Assembly (NCBI RefSeq): GCF_009834535.1
Contig: NC_045696.1
Span: 104,224,001-104,288,000, forward strand
Direction of reading: 5' to 3'
DNA length: 64,000 nucleotides
Source of the DNA: Camelus ferus
Lineage: Eukaryota
The first letter of the stretch is position 1. Every line of letters starts with the position of its first letter. A model generated the notes under the pieces. It worked only from the letters and a program-made list of their open reading frames with translations, searched no databases and was not told the origin of the DNA. Shown here in pieces: positions 13,251 through 25,420 of the stretch. The position numbers and the translations under genes are program-made.

Positions 13251-13930
13251 ATAACTTTAAGGTTGTCTCCCATCACGGGTTTTTCTGGTTGTGAAACACT
13301 GGAGAACTGAGGTCTGTGAGCCTTTGGAAGAGTCCCCTCCTCTGTTCCCGACTTAAGCAGGAGAGGTGATTACAGATTTTTAAAAAAATCTCATGACCTT
13401 GGCTATCCAGTAAGTTAAGGAACACATCCTTTTAGCTAAATCTGAGTTAACACTTCAAGCACTAGAATTTTCCACTTGAGCCATTTTAGAAGGAAATCTT
13501 TCTAAATACTGACATACTTCTTAGAACTTAAAGAACCTACTTTATGTAGATGATTGGATACTAGGGGTTCCTATGACTATATTGTAGTGAAACATGGTTA
13601 TTCCATTGAAGGAGTGTATGGGGTTGGCTTCTGTAAGAAGAGGCTCCATAATGTATGTTTGGAGTTTTTGTCATACATAGTACCCCCTCCCCCTTTATTT
13701 CTGGTGAGTCAATTTTCTATAGATGCCCTTTCTTGTAGCTGTTACTGTGTTTGCCTGTTATAATCCTTCTTCTTTGAATTTGATGAAGGCTCAGCCTTCA
13801 GACAACAAAGATTGCTGGAATTACATGTAAAGTAAAAGTAAATTCACTTTGGGTGTGACATGAGGGATTCCCATGAGTGAAGTGACACTCAGTGCACAGA
13901 CCTGGTAACATCTGCTTTAGTTGCTTGCGG

Positions 13931-14136
13931 GCACCCTGCCTAGACGAAGAGAATCCCCATGGCAACAGCTCATCAAAATGGCAGGTGTAACAGTGAAGAA
14001 CGCACTGCAGCTAAATAGGCAGATGCTTAGGCTACGTGGGAAGGTCATTTGACCAGATTATGCCAGGTAGTTTGTGTGTGTAGCTACTGCTGGGACCAAA
14101 GTTTGTTTGCTGACATTTGGCAGGGACATAAAACAA
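13931..14136 (+). repeat. Diverged local direct repeat B, copy 1 (paralogue at 15285-15488)
   Basis: End-to-end colinear alignment, roughly 75-80% identity by eye: GCACCC.GCCTAGA.GAAGAGAAT ... GACCAGA.TATGCCAG ... TGTGTGTGTAG ... TTGGCAGGGACAT.AAACAA. Confidence 0.95.
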
Positions 14137-15284
14137 AAGGGAAAGGAAGCTGAATAGTTACATTTCTGGCACATCAGGTCTTTCTGTGGCTTTGATTTCG
14201 TATAGGCTTAGTGATTCTGTTGTCATTGAACATTGTAATTCAGAACACCACTGCCATATAGTCTCTTTTCTCTGGAAATGCCACGGAAAAGCTAAAGAAA
14301 ACATTTGCCGTAGCATTCTGTTACCTTGCAGAGAAGGGTGTTTTTGTGTTCTCAGTGCCCTGTTGTCCCAGCGCTGGGGGAGGGGCGATGTTTGCTATGC
14401 AGGCCAAGTGCGCAGGGAAGGTTCTAAAGTTGTTAAGTACAAGCTGCAAGATTCTAAGATTAATTGTGCTTCACTCTCCAGTGAGATTGGTGTATTATAA
14501 ATCATAGAGGCATATCCCATCAATCTGGTGTCTGGATGCAGGGAACATGATAACCCCTAACTCAGCAGAAACATACCTTCCATCCATTACAGCTTCTCTC
14601 CTGGAATGAACCAGTGCGCGCCTAAGATAGGGCCAGGGCAACAGACAGCATTTTAAAGACATCTTTGAGATACTTCCCTTCTTTTACAACAGGGAAACCA
14701 TTTCTATGGCTCCTTGGTTTTATTCTACCATAACTTTATAGGAGACAGTTTTAAAGAAGTATTTTCTGGCTTAGTTTTGTTCAGCCCTTGGGTAAGTTCT
14801 CTGAGAGGTTCAAAAGAGAAAAAATAATATGATCCCTACCTTTGATGAGCCACTGTTTAGTTATGGAGAAAAACCATATTAATTCTGACTATGGGATGTT
14901 AATGCTAATTGCTAATCTAGTACTTACTAGCATACCAGTGGAATATACTCAGAAATTATTCATAGAACATATTTCAGAATAAATGCTGACAAGATCAGAG
15001 AAAGGAGAGATACGTATTGGCTGGACTAGTCAAGGTCCTTAGAGAAGGTAGGCCTGTGCTGGGTCTTGTCCGTGGGAAGGCATTAGTGGGATAAGACAGG
15101 CTGCATGTCCCAGTGTGAGGGTACGGACTGCAAGAGAGAGTAAGGTTAAATAGGCGGTGATGAGCCCAAGAAGAGGCTTGCAGGTGGCCAGCAGAACCAC
15201 AGCACATGCAAGAGTCTCTTGCTCTGCGTCTCTTTGCCCTTCCACATTCCCTCCATTATCAGAGTCAACTCCATCCTATTTGGA

Positions 15285-15488
15285 GCACCCGGCCTAGAGG
15301 AAGAGAATTCCCAGGGGAACGTCTCATCAGCATGGCAGATGGAAAAGTGACTGCACTACAGCTAGACAGGCAGCTGCTGTGGGCTACATTCGAAGGTCTT
15401 TGGACCAGACTATGCCAGCTTGGTTGTGTGTGTAGATGCTGCTAAGGCCGAAGTTAGTTTGCTGGCACTTGGCAGGGACATTAAACAA
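15285..15488 (+). repeat. Diverged local direct repeat B, copy 2
   Basis: Homologous to 13931-14136 with a few small indels. Confidence 0.95.
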
Positions 15489-15654
15489 GCCTTCCCCACT
15501 TCTTCCCTCTTCTCTCCCTCCTTCCCATCCTCCTTTCTTATTATGAATATTTCAGGCTTATCACTCTGTCCCTGCCCTTTTAATGCACCCTCTTCCTTGA
15601 TGTCAAGCTCAGTCCCTCAGCTTCAAGGCCATGGCCACACTCTGCTCATTCTAC

Positions 15655-17905
15655 TTGATTCATCTACTCATTCAACAAGTGCTTACTGAGAGTTCCATAT
15701 GCATCTTCAGAAAATATTCATTCTTACAAAGAAGACAATTAAGACACAATTATAATATGTGACAACTACCTTGACATGAGAAACATAGGATGCTATGGGA
15801 GCAGATGGCAAGAGTACTTAATTTTATTAAGGGGAGGAAGGTGTCAGAAAAGAAGTGACATAAAAACTGAGAACTAAAAGTATGAGTGGTGATATTCTAA
15901 ACTCTCCCTAGAGCTGTTGGGTACCCTGTCTGATCTGGGGAGCTGCCAGGCACTTAAGTTCTTAGTTGCCTTTGGTGGCCACCACCATCACACACAGGAA
16001 ATGAATTGTTTATTTTATTAATAAATATTTCTTGAACAATTCTATGGTCTAAACAGTGTCCTAGACTCTGTAAACCAAACAGCTGTAAACAAAACGAGCA
16101 AAGGACCTGATCTCTTAGAGCTTACATTCCAGCAAGGATGAGCAGACAATGAAAAAAGAAATAAAAATAACATGATATTTTGGGTGTTATGGAAAAAGAA
16201 GAAACAGAGTCAGATGATACAGTGTAGGTACTTGTGTATGTGTGTGAGTATGTACTATTTTAAATAGGTTAGTTGGGGCTTTCTGTTAAGGTGATATTTA
16301 AGCCAGAACTGATGAATTGAAGGAGAGAGTCTGTTGGGGTGGTGGGATGCGGAGTGAGGGGGGGATAGCATTCTGCGCAGAGGGAGCAATAACTAGCACA
16401 GAGTCTTCCTGGAGGATGTGTGCTAGGTGTGTTGTGTTGGGGAAACTATAGAAAGACCAGATGAAAAAAAAGAAAAGAAAAGAAAAGAAAAGAAAAGAAA
16501 AGAAAGGAAAAGAAAGGAAAAGAAAAGAAAAACCAGGTGACTGAGAGCTCTAGGAAGAGAGTGGAGGTGGATGAGGTTGTGAAGGTATCTATGGGCCTGA
16601 TAAGGTAGGGTCTTGTCCCATGTAAGATTTACATTTAAGAGGATCCCTTTGGCTGCGGTGTGGAGATCCGACAGTAGAGGAGCAAGAGTGGAAATGGGAG
16701 ATCAGGTGGGAGCCTGCTGCAATGGTCCAGGCAGGAGATGACAGCAGCTGGCCACGGTGGAAGAGGGAGAGTGGTGGGATTCCGAGTACTCCTAAAAGGT
16801 AGACCTGACAGCTTTGCTGCTGATTTGGATGGGCGTGTGAGAGAAGAAAGGGATCAATGATGACTCCTCGGATTTTGGTAAACTGGATTTGCCATTAACT
16901 GGGACGGGTAAGACCACAGAAGAACAGGTTTAGGGGAGCAAAGATATGTTAAGTTTGTTATGCCTGGCCACCATCCAAGTGGAGATTTTATGTAGGCAGA
17001 TTGTTCTACAATATCAAGGGAGAGTTTGGGAAGTTGTCATTTAAAGCCATGAGACAGGTTGGGATCACCAAGTGGGTGATCCTAGAAAGAGAAGAAAATG
17101 AGGTCTGAGAGCTGAGCCTTAGCGGGGACTCGATTGTTTAGAGGCTGAAGAGATAGGAAAGATACAGCAAGAGATGAAGAGGGAGCAGCCGACCAGGCAG
17201 AATAGCCAAGGAGCCTGTGCTGCCCAAGTAAAGAAAGAGTTTCAAACAGGATGGAGTGACCACCTCTGTCAGACGCTGCAGAGAAGTCCGTGGAGATGGG
17301 GTCCAGAGGTCACTGGGGAGGGCAGCGGGTGTGATGGAGTGGTGGGGGCAAAGGCCTGATGGAGTGGGCTCAAGAGAGGATGAGAGGAGGAAAGTGGAAA
17401 CAGTGACTAGAGTCAGCTCTTTCATGGAATTTTGCTGCAAAGGTGTGGGGGCAGAGAAATGAGGCTGGGGGGACGTGGGGTCAAGAGAGGATATTTCCAA
17501 GTGGGAGAAAAGCATCAAGTTTGTGTGCTTGTGGAAATGATCCAGTAGAGAGGAAAAATGATGATTCAGGAGAGTGTCGACCTCAGGAGCAATGTTGAGC
17601 AGGTGGGAGGGTGTGGAATCCAGCAACCAATGGACAGGAGCAGGGGCAGCTCGTTCCTGTAGCAGGGGGGCAGGTCGGTTGGGGGCTGGGCGGGGGGGGG
17701 GCGAATTCTCTTCTGATAGCCTTTGTTTTCTCAGTGAAATGAGAAGCTGAATTCTCTGCTGAGAGTGAGGATGGGGAAGAGATGTCAGAGGTGTGGGGAG
17801 AGAGGAGAAGAGGAGGTGGCTGTCTAGGAGACTGGGAGAGCATGGACTGGGGCAGGATACGTGACTGTGTGGCAGCACTGAGGGCCCCCTTGAGGGAGAT
17901 AGTTA
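15655..17905 (-). mobile_element. L2 LINE fragments (large, antisense)
   Basis: L2 tails (ACTCATTCAACAAGTGCTTACTGAG; ATAAATATTTCTTGAACA) and purine-rich body (GCAATGGTCCAGGCAGGAGATGA; TTTGCTGCTGATTTGGATG; ATTTAAAGCCATGAGAC). Confidence 0.8.
16464..16532 (+). repeat. (AAAAG)n microsatellite
   Basis: Tandem AAAAG with two AAAGG variants. Confidence 0.95.
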
Positions 17906-18653
17906 TGAAATAAAAAAATGGCCCAGGCAGAATGGGTCAGGACAGCATTTAACTGGGTGAATCAGATCTTGGGCTTATTAAACCTTTGCAGTGGACATTT
18001 TTGAAGAAAGTTTCTCAAGGTGGTATATACTCAGCAGGTGACCGACCCCTGGCCACAGCCCTGCAAGCCAGGCACAGGTTAAGGGGACTTCACATGGGCA
18101 GGCAGGACCCCAAATGATGGCCATGCAGGATGATCACATGATTCCTCTCTACTTCCTTTTACTATTGGTGGATGCATGCTGGAAGATTATGGGAAAGTCA
18201 CACAAGCCTTGTGAAGTTTGTTAAGATTGACACATAGGGATTTGGGGCAGAGATATACCAGCTGACACATGGGAGGTCTTCAGTGCACAAGGAGGGAGCC
18301 AGGCAGAGAGACTGCATGGTCAAAAGCTTCGTGGGGAAGCATGGAGGGAAATGGGCACTGAGGACCTGGAAGTTGTTTGAAAATGCTGGATTGTAGGTGC
18401 CCCAGACAGCTGTCCTCCTCACTGTCTTCCATCCTGCCATGCTTATTTCAACCTTTAGTCCGTGCTGGCTTCCCTGCCAGGAATGCCTTTCATCTCTCGG
18501 GGTCGTTGGGTTGTACAACTCCAGGGGGTGCCATTAACATTGTCCTTTATGTTTCCTTACTGAGTCAGCTCAACCTCTGTCTCTTCTAGGACAGTCCCTT
18601 TGGCTCCAAGCCACACTCACTCTCCTTTCTGTGAATTCCTATATCTAGAGGGT

Positions 18654-18791
18654 AGGGTTGCCAGATTTAGCTAACAAAAACACAGAATGTCAGTTAAATA
18701 TGACACGGGACATACTTATACTAAAAAGTTATTAATTGTTTATCTGAAATTCAAGTATAACTAGGCATCCTGCATTTTATCTGGCAACCCA
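18654..18791. mobile_element. MER53 hAT MITE, internally deleted
   Basis: TIRs GGGTTGCCAGAT / ATCTGGCAACCC; internal GGGACATACTTATACTAAA and TTGTTTATCTGAAATTCAA. Confidence 0.9.
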
Positions 18792-19269
18792 ACCAGACTG
18801 GAAAACACATGGTTAAGCATTCATTCAACCAACCTTTGTAGAGATGGAACTTGCCCTCTACTGGGACTGGAGAGAGTAAAGCATCCAGCCTGGACCCTGC
18901 CCTCTGGGCTAGGAGGCACCAAACATGTATTAGGTCACCAGCCAAGTAGGGTCTCAGAAAACACATTGCAAAAGGTTCAGGTTGAATAACTGCTCCAGAA
19001 TTTTGCAATCATAATATCTAAAGAAAAGCTATTTTAATTTCAGTATATATGAAAATGTTGTGACTTATTTTCACTTAGTACTATAATTTTTAATTTTAAT
19101 GACATATAGGTATGGAGGCATCTGTATCTGTTCAATGCTTTGGACATCACAAAGTGTCCATTAAGACTTGTCTGCCTGCGAGCAGTTTGTCATTTGCTAT
19201 TATCATCTTCACCATCATTGCCTTTAGCATTGATCAGAAGTGGCAGTTGCTGTGCAGAGGCAGGGTGAC

Positions 19270-19480
19270 CCGGGCTGGGAACGTGTACCCCTGCTGTGCC
19301 TTTTACTACCTGTGAGATCTCGGGAAGACACGTGATCTCTGTGCCAGTTTGCCCATCTGTACGATGAGATACAATACTAATATGGACCTCAGAGGATTGG
19401 TGAGAAGATTGAAGAGTTAAAAACCTGTGAAATGCTTGGAACAGTGCTTAGGGCATATATCCTAGATAAATGTGGATTAA
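19270..19480 (+). mobile_element. MIR SINE
   Basis: CTGTGAGATCTCGGGAAG...CTCTGTGCCAGTTTGCCCATCTGTA...GTGAAATGCTTGGAACAGTGC. Confidence 0.75.
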
Positions 19481-19989
19481 TATAACTTAAAAATTATTGA
19501 AACACATAAGCGGGGAGGGGCAGAGTACTCCTGAATTGTGAAGTGACTCTCTTGGCATTGGTCTTTATTTTCCTTTAAACCTCCTTGAAGGTGAGAATCA
19601 CTCTTGCCCCACCCTGCTATGTTGTATCCAACCCTCCCCTCCTCTCAGCCTGCCCCTACACTGGTTTGGTAGAGGCTCTGAAAATATTTGTGGGTGGGTC
19701 TATTAACGCTATTGGAAGCCTAAAGAAATGGTAATGACATTCATGGGTGATGTTTCTCCAAGGTCACTGAGTTCCAAGATACTCTAAGTCCCTATAATTT
19801 CGCCATTCCTGATTTATTTGTGAAAACCAAGGCAAACGTATTTAATTTAGGGTATCCCAGGTGAACTTTATAGGTACCCTAGGAATGACAGCAAGTTGGA
19901 AACTCATTTACCATTCACATCCAAGTATACGCTAGTTTACAAGAATAAGTTTCAGTTGATGAAGTATTTAATAAATGGCCAACATTGTT

Positions 19990-20905
19990 TTAACCATTTA
20001 TCACCCATTATCTAACTGAATTCCCCAAACCTCTCCGAGAGTTAGGTATTATTAACCCCACGTTACACACAAGGAAGTGGAGGTATGGAGCAGATAAGAA
20101 ATTGCCTAAAGTCACCTAAATAATAATTAGTTGACACTGAATTCAAGTTCAGGATTGTCAAATTTCAAAGCCCGTGTTCAAAATGAATAAGCATATTTTT
20201 CAACCTAAAAAGCTCGTGGAGAGCAGAGAAGAGGCCTGAGACCATTCATTCACTCATTCATTCATTCATTTGTATGTTCATTCCAGTGTGGAGCTTGCAG
20301 AGGGGTGAAGGACAAGGCCCTGCCCTCGAGAAGGTCACAGTCACACAGAGCTGGGTACAGAGACTATGGTAAGTGCTCTAGCAGAGGCAGGGCAGTGTGA
20401 AGTGCCAGGGTCACACAAAAGAGGCAGAGCTAATGGTGTCCTAAGAATGGGCGGTGGCTGGGGAAGGCATGGGGGAGGAGGCGCCATTTTGCTGGACTGT
20501 GCAGACTGAGTCCGAGGAGAGTGCTTATTTAGGTCTCACTCGGGATTTAAGATTTGCAATTAATGCCACATCATAAGGAAACAAGTATTTTTGAAAGTCT
20601 GCTTGGTACAAAGTCCTGTGCTAGGCATTTTTATGGATAGAAGTTAGCTTCTGGACAGCCATCTCAGGTAGGTACCCTAATCTCTGTTATACAGGTAAAG
20701 AAACTGAGGCTCAGAGTGGTTGAGATTTGCCCAAAGTGGGAATTTATTACTTATTCAACAAATTCAGTTATCTGTTTATTCATTTACCAAGCATTAGTTG
20801 AACACCTGCATCAGGTGATGTGGTTGGTGCTGAATAACAATGGTGAACCAAGGAGGGCCAGACGCCCCCATGGAGATACTGTCCTGTGGGGGAGACAGAC
20901 ATGAA
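19990..20905 (-). mobile_element. Alternating antisense MIR and L2 fragments
   Basis: MIR (TAGGTATTATTAACCCCACG; ACAGGTAAAGAAACTGAGGCTCAGAG) and L2 tails ((CATT)n at ~20243-20270; CATTTACCAAGCATTAGTTGAACACC). Confidence 0.7.
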
Positions 20906-21717
20906 CTAACTCTCTATACATGTTTTCCATTTGTATGGAAAACAATACATCCTTTGAGAAGAAGTTTGGAGAGAGTGATTGGAGAACCCCTAGGACAATT
21001 TAGCTTGTCCTCCACCTCTCCACATGCATGCTTGTGCCCAGGTTTCAGGGGGAAGGTACCCTCAGTCAAAACCCCCAGTGCAGCTCCACTGAGCACACAG
21101 GACTGCTGTGCCCTGTGTCTGCAGGGAGCATCACAGGGAACCTGAGGAGACAGGAGCACATGGTGGGCTCTGAAGGGTGACTGAGGAGACATTCACGTGC
21201 CCGTGTGAGACACCCTTGGGGGTGCTGGGAAGGGAGGTTGGATGGCTACAGTTGCGAAGGGGAGAAAAATCTGCCCTGAGAAATGCAGTTTTGTGCTCTA
21301 ATTCTGATAATAATTTTACTTTTGTTTTTTACAAAGGTCAGCGTTAGGGCGAGCTGGGCCGCCATGTTGATTCATACCATGGTACCCCGAGTGTGCAGAG
21401 TATGTCCTTGTGGCCACGTGCTGGTTCTGGGTGGGTGTGGTGCAGGACGTGCAACATGGTGGGGAGCGACTGGGGAAAGCACTGGGCATCAGGAAGGCTC
21501 AAGGACAGACTCAGTATTCCCTAAGACCAACTTTTTCCCCTTACCACTTTGAGAAGGGCTGATGCCGAGAGGCGTGTTATTCAGAGTGATGATTTCATCA
21601 TCAGTTTTAGGTTTTGATGCAAACAACAGAAACAGAGCCTGTCTAATGTAACTAATTGATTGAGAAATCTCGATTCACTGAGATATAAACATTAAGTGTT
21701 TTATTTCATCCAACTAT

Positions 21718-21866
21718 ACCTGTGATTCTCAAAGTTTAACATGCATATGAATCACCTGAGGCTCATGTAAAATGCAGACTCTGGTTTAGCAGGTTTGGGC
21801 TAAGAGCAGAAATTCTGCTTTCCTGACAAGCCAATGCTGCCAGTCTGTGGACCACACTTGGAGTGT
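21718..21866. mobile_element. MER5A-like hAT-Charlie element
   Basis: GTGATTCTCAAAGT...GAATCACCTG...AAAATGCAGA...TGCTGCCAGTCTGTGGACCACACTTGGAG. Confidence 0.8.
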
Positions 21867-23679
21867 CAAAGAAATCTACTTTATGGAATGCCCCTTGCCC
21901 CTTTGTGGTTCTGGAAACATGGTCTTTGTCTTATTCTAACACTCTGCAACACTTGCAGGTTCTACTCATTCTGAAAGTCAAAGCTTTTCCTCCTATTCAT
22001 TATTTAAAAAACTTAAGAATTTGTTGGACTCAAACTTTCAGGACAAATTCTTCTCTCTCTCCAATGTAGGCTAGAGCTGTGGCCCTGCCTTCTTAGATTG
22101 GGGAGAAGGTGTGAGGTCTGGTCCTGAGGTTACCCCCTTTTCCTGCAAGTGCATCTCATCAGGAGTCTGGAGACAGGGAGTCGAGGTGAAGTGAAGGCTC
22201 TCTCCTTCGCTTCCTCCAGAGGAGGCGCAGGGTCACAGACGTACTCCGCTTCAGGTGGGCTCCAGCCATCACTGGGGGCCTTTGCTGGTTTCTCCATGAT
22301 GATGCTGTGTGGGGTTTTGGGGCAGTGTTCACCGTGGCCCCTCCATCTCTTGGGAACATGACAGAGGGGCAGGCTCACCTCCCTTTGGCTCCTGGAGGTA
22401 TATCCCAGCGACCCTTTCTCCGGGCTGGGGATCTCTGCTCCTCCTCGTTCGACAGACAGCCTTTCTCCAGGCTGGGCATCCTCTCACGTGGCCCTGAAAC
22501 CACCTATTCCTGTGGATCATCTGTGTCTGGTGCTGGGTCCTGGCTGTGGGGGTGCTTTAGGGGAGTGGCCATTCTCGCTTCTCCCACTCATGCAGAAACC
22601 CTTCGAGGGGATATGGTACTTGGGTCTGATGTCAGGCCATTGGGCATCCCACAGCAGCGGCCCAGGACTAGGTGGGAAGTGGGCTGAGGCTCCTCATAAA
22701 ACTCCACCTGTCCCCCTCCATGCCTGGAAGCCAGTCTCTCCCCTCTGCTTCCGGGAACCACCACTCTTGAAATTCGATCAACCCTTCTGACTTAAGGCTT
22801 GTGCTTCTCTTTGGAAGCTTTTTGTCCCAGATGAGCCCCTCGCAGGGGAAAGAGGGGAAGGAAGAGGTGAGTCTCACAATACAGTCCTCACCATGTCCGC
22901 GCTGATGGCTTTCTCTTGCAGGTGGCCCACAGTGGGCTGGATATTTGGACGTAAGTCTCTCCATAGCCTAAGTCACTGCGTTGTACCGAGTAGTGATGCT
23001 CCCTGCCTCCTGGTTCCCCGTGGGCAGAGTCCTGGCTGCTGGGCAGAGCAGCTCACCGAGGAAGGCATTTTTGACACCCCCAGGTGTTTGGGGCTGTCAG
23101 CTGTGCTCATGCCACAGGATCTGGCCTCCTGCTTGTCACCATCGTCCCTCAACAGGAAACTCTCACACATTCATCCAGAGAGACCGCAAACCTGAGCCAT
23201 TAAAAAGCAGACAGGTCTTTGTATTTGTGAAAGCTCCTAATTACTATTTCATGGAGAAAGGATTAATAAAACATCATGCAATTAGCTGCTTCCCTTCAGC
23301 AGTCACATCTCATTAAGGGCGGCACAAGGCAGCCCACAGGACTCCTGAGCAAGCAGCTGGCTCCAGCCCTGGCTTGCAGGGCAGGCCTGCTGGTTCAGGG
23401 GAGCGACAGCCCTGCTTCTGCCTTGTCTGGAGAAGCATTTTCTCCGGTAAGTGATGTGGTAAATGGGCTTGGCCCTCAGCAGGACAGCTTTCGGCAGCCA
23501 AACCTTTATCTGTATCTCAAAATCTTCCCTTTGTTTACTCATTTATTCATGTACTGTCTTCTGTATGCTAGGTGCTGGGCTCGGTGCTGGGAAAGGAGCA
23601 GCGGTCAGTTATCTCCACTTACAAAGCCCCTGCCCAATCCCATCAAAGACTCTGCTCTTCCCTCCACACCCCTTCCTGT

Positions 23680-24195
23680 CTGGCGCGCCCCACATTCCTC
23701 CTGCCCTGCTGCTCCCCCCGCTTGGCTCTCATCTTCCATCCCGTGACAACCCCGACAGGTTCATTCCACACTTTGCGCCTTTTCTCTCGTCCTGTCGGGA
23801 GCCCCATCCGAGGCTTCCTTCCTTGGACCCCAAAGCTGTACAAAGAGAACCACCCCCGCCCCCCAACTTCATGGAGAACAACTTGGAAAAGGCACTGATG
23901 GGGACCATTAGAACCCGGTTTTAACGTCTCCTTCTTACCCGGGCTAAGAAAAATCACCTGAACCTGTCCTTTCTTGCCTGAGTCTTTGTTTCCTCTTCAG
24001 TCATATTTTCTTTTCTCTGGAGTAGAATGGTTAGGAGAGGAAAATATGTTTGAACGTGAATCTCGGGTCCTACGAGGGTAGCAGGTAGCCTCGGGCAGGT
24101 GCCCACGCTGTGGGAAGGAGAGGACGGTACCGACCGCACGGTGTGGCGGAAGGATGCACGATCTACACTTTGTGGAAGGGGAGCCGCGATGGTTA
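23680..24195. promoter_or_regulatory. Orphan CpG-rich patch (small CpG-island-like region)
   Basis: About 26 CpGs in ~510 bp by hand count against a CpG-depleted background; GC box CCCCGCCCC at 23854-23862; GGCGCGCC near 23682. Confidence 0.5.
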
Positions 24196-24786
24196 CAGTC
24201 TGGGTAGTGCTGGGTAGGCCCCATCCAAAGGTGCTTGGCTGAGTGGTCAGCGCTCAGCCCCTAGGGGACAGGTCTATCCCCTGATGCAGGGCACTGGCAT
24301 TTTTCTGCATCTTGTTGCCATCTTTAAATGGTGACACTGTCTCTGCTTCCAGCCTGATATCCCTGTGTTAGGCTGTGGCCTTGGTCTGGGTTCAGCATGT
24401 TGATATGGTCCCGAGCCCCAGGGACAGGAGCAGACAGCACCTTCTGACTCCATCTGACTGCATCAGCTCCTCCCGAGAAGGCTGTGGTGGCGATGAAGCC
24501 CAATTAGACATGTGGAATCAAGAGCATCGGGCTGCAGTGTCACGCCTGGCAGCCTCATGGTCCATCCATGTGTCAGGCCACCTTCTCTGAGCCCTGTAGG
24601 CTGGAGGCAAGAAAACAGGGCTTCAGTGACAGCATCTTCAGAGCCAAGTGACAGAGAAGGGGATGCACTCATAGCTTGGTTTGATCAACACTTACAGGCA
24701 GTTTGGATCGCTGTAAAATGAACAGATTAGGAAATGCAATTATCTGGATGATTGCTTCTGTTCACTAGCCTCCTTCACCTCTGTGG

Positions 24787-24858
24787 ATGAGAGAGAGAAG
24801 GAGGGGGAGAGGGAGAGCAGGGCGAAGAGGGAGGGGGAGGGGAGAGAGAGGGGGGAAT
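24787..24858 (+). repeat. GA-rich purine low-complexity tract
   Basis: GAGAGAGAAGGAGGGGGAGAGGGAGAG...GGGGAGAGAGAGGGGGG. Confidence 0.85.
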
Positions 24859-25014
24859 CAGGAAGGTTGATTTGATTTAGACTAGGCTGTGGTGGTCTCA
24901 CAAGAAGATGGAGAGTTTGAGCTCTGTGCCCCTACCCCAGCCTAGCACAGGTGGAATCATGCAAAATGATTGAAAGCAGATGAGTTTGTTGGGAAAGTCA
25001 TTGAAGGTCATGGT

Positions 25015-25420
25015 TGTGGACGCTGTTGCTGCCTAGCCCAAATCTTTTTCATGTTGGTGCCATCTCCCAGTTTCTGAGTGTTTGCTACTAATAGCTCACG
25101 GCTGTCCCCTTTTTCTAAAGAGCTGTCCTTGTCCAAATTAAGCCACTGTGCCTGAAAAACCACATGCCCTCCCCAACCCCCCAAGTCAATGGCTGACAGT
25201 CACAGGAGGCAGTCCACTTTGCCCCAGGGTGGGACCAGCTGTGGTACAACTAGTGGCCCTGAACTTATCTGAAGTCTCAAGCTTAGACCACATCCCTACT
25301 CAGTTCCTCCCTCTGCCTCATCCTGCTTTCCCCAGCTCTGTTCTTTGAGAGCATTCCCCCAATATATCACTAGAACAAGAATCTCCATCTTAGGCTTTGC
25401 TGGGGAACCCGACCTATGCA
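25015..25420 (+). mobile_element. ERVL solo LTR (LTR16/LTR33-like)
   Basis: 3' end GAGAGCATTCCCCCAATA...AATCTCCATCTTAGGCTTTGCTGGGGAACCCGACCTA resembles the LTR16-type terminus. Confidence 0.65.

Noticed and set aside
13959..15444. Repeat B copies as duplicated coding exons
   Set aside because: A frame-breaking indel between the copies, early stops in copy 1 and no conserved splice sites
17138..17878. 246-aa ORF on the minus strand
   Set aside because: Lies inside an L2 remnant; low-complexity S/P/L/H composition from pyrimidine-rich DNA; no recognisable domain
22860..23455. Consensus splice sites (GAG/GTGAGT ~22866, TTGCAG/G ~22921, CCG/GTAAGT ~23447)
   Set aside because: Such matches are expected by chance in 64 kb and do not assemble into a coherent coding exon chain
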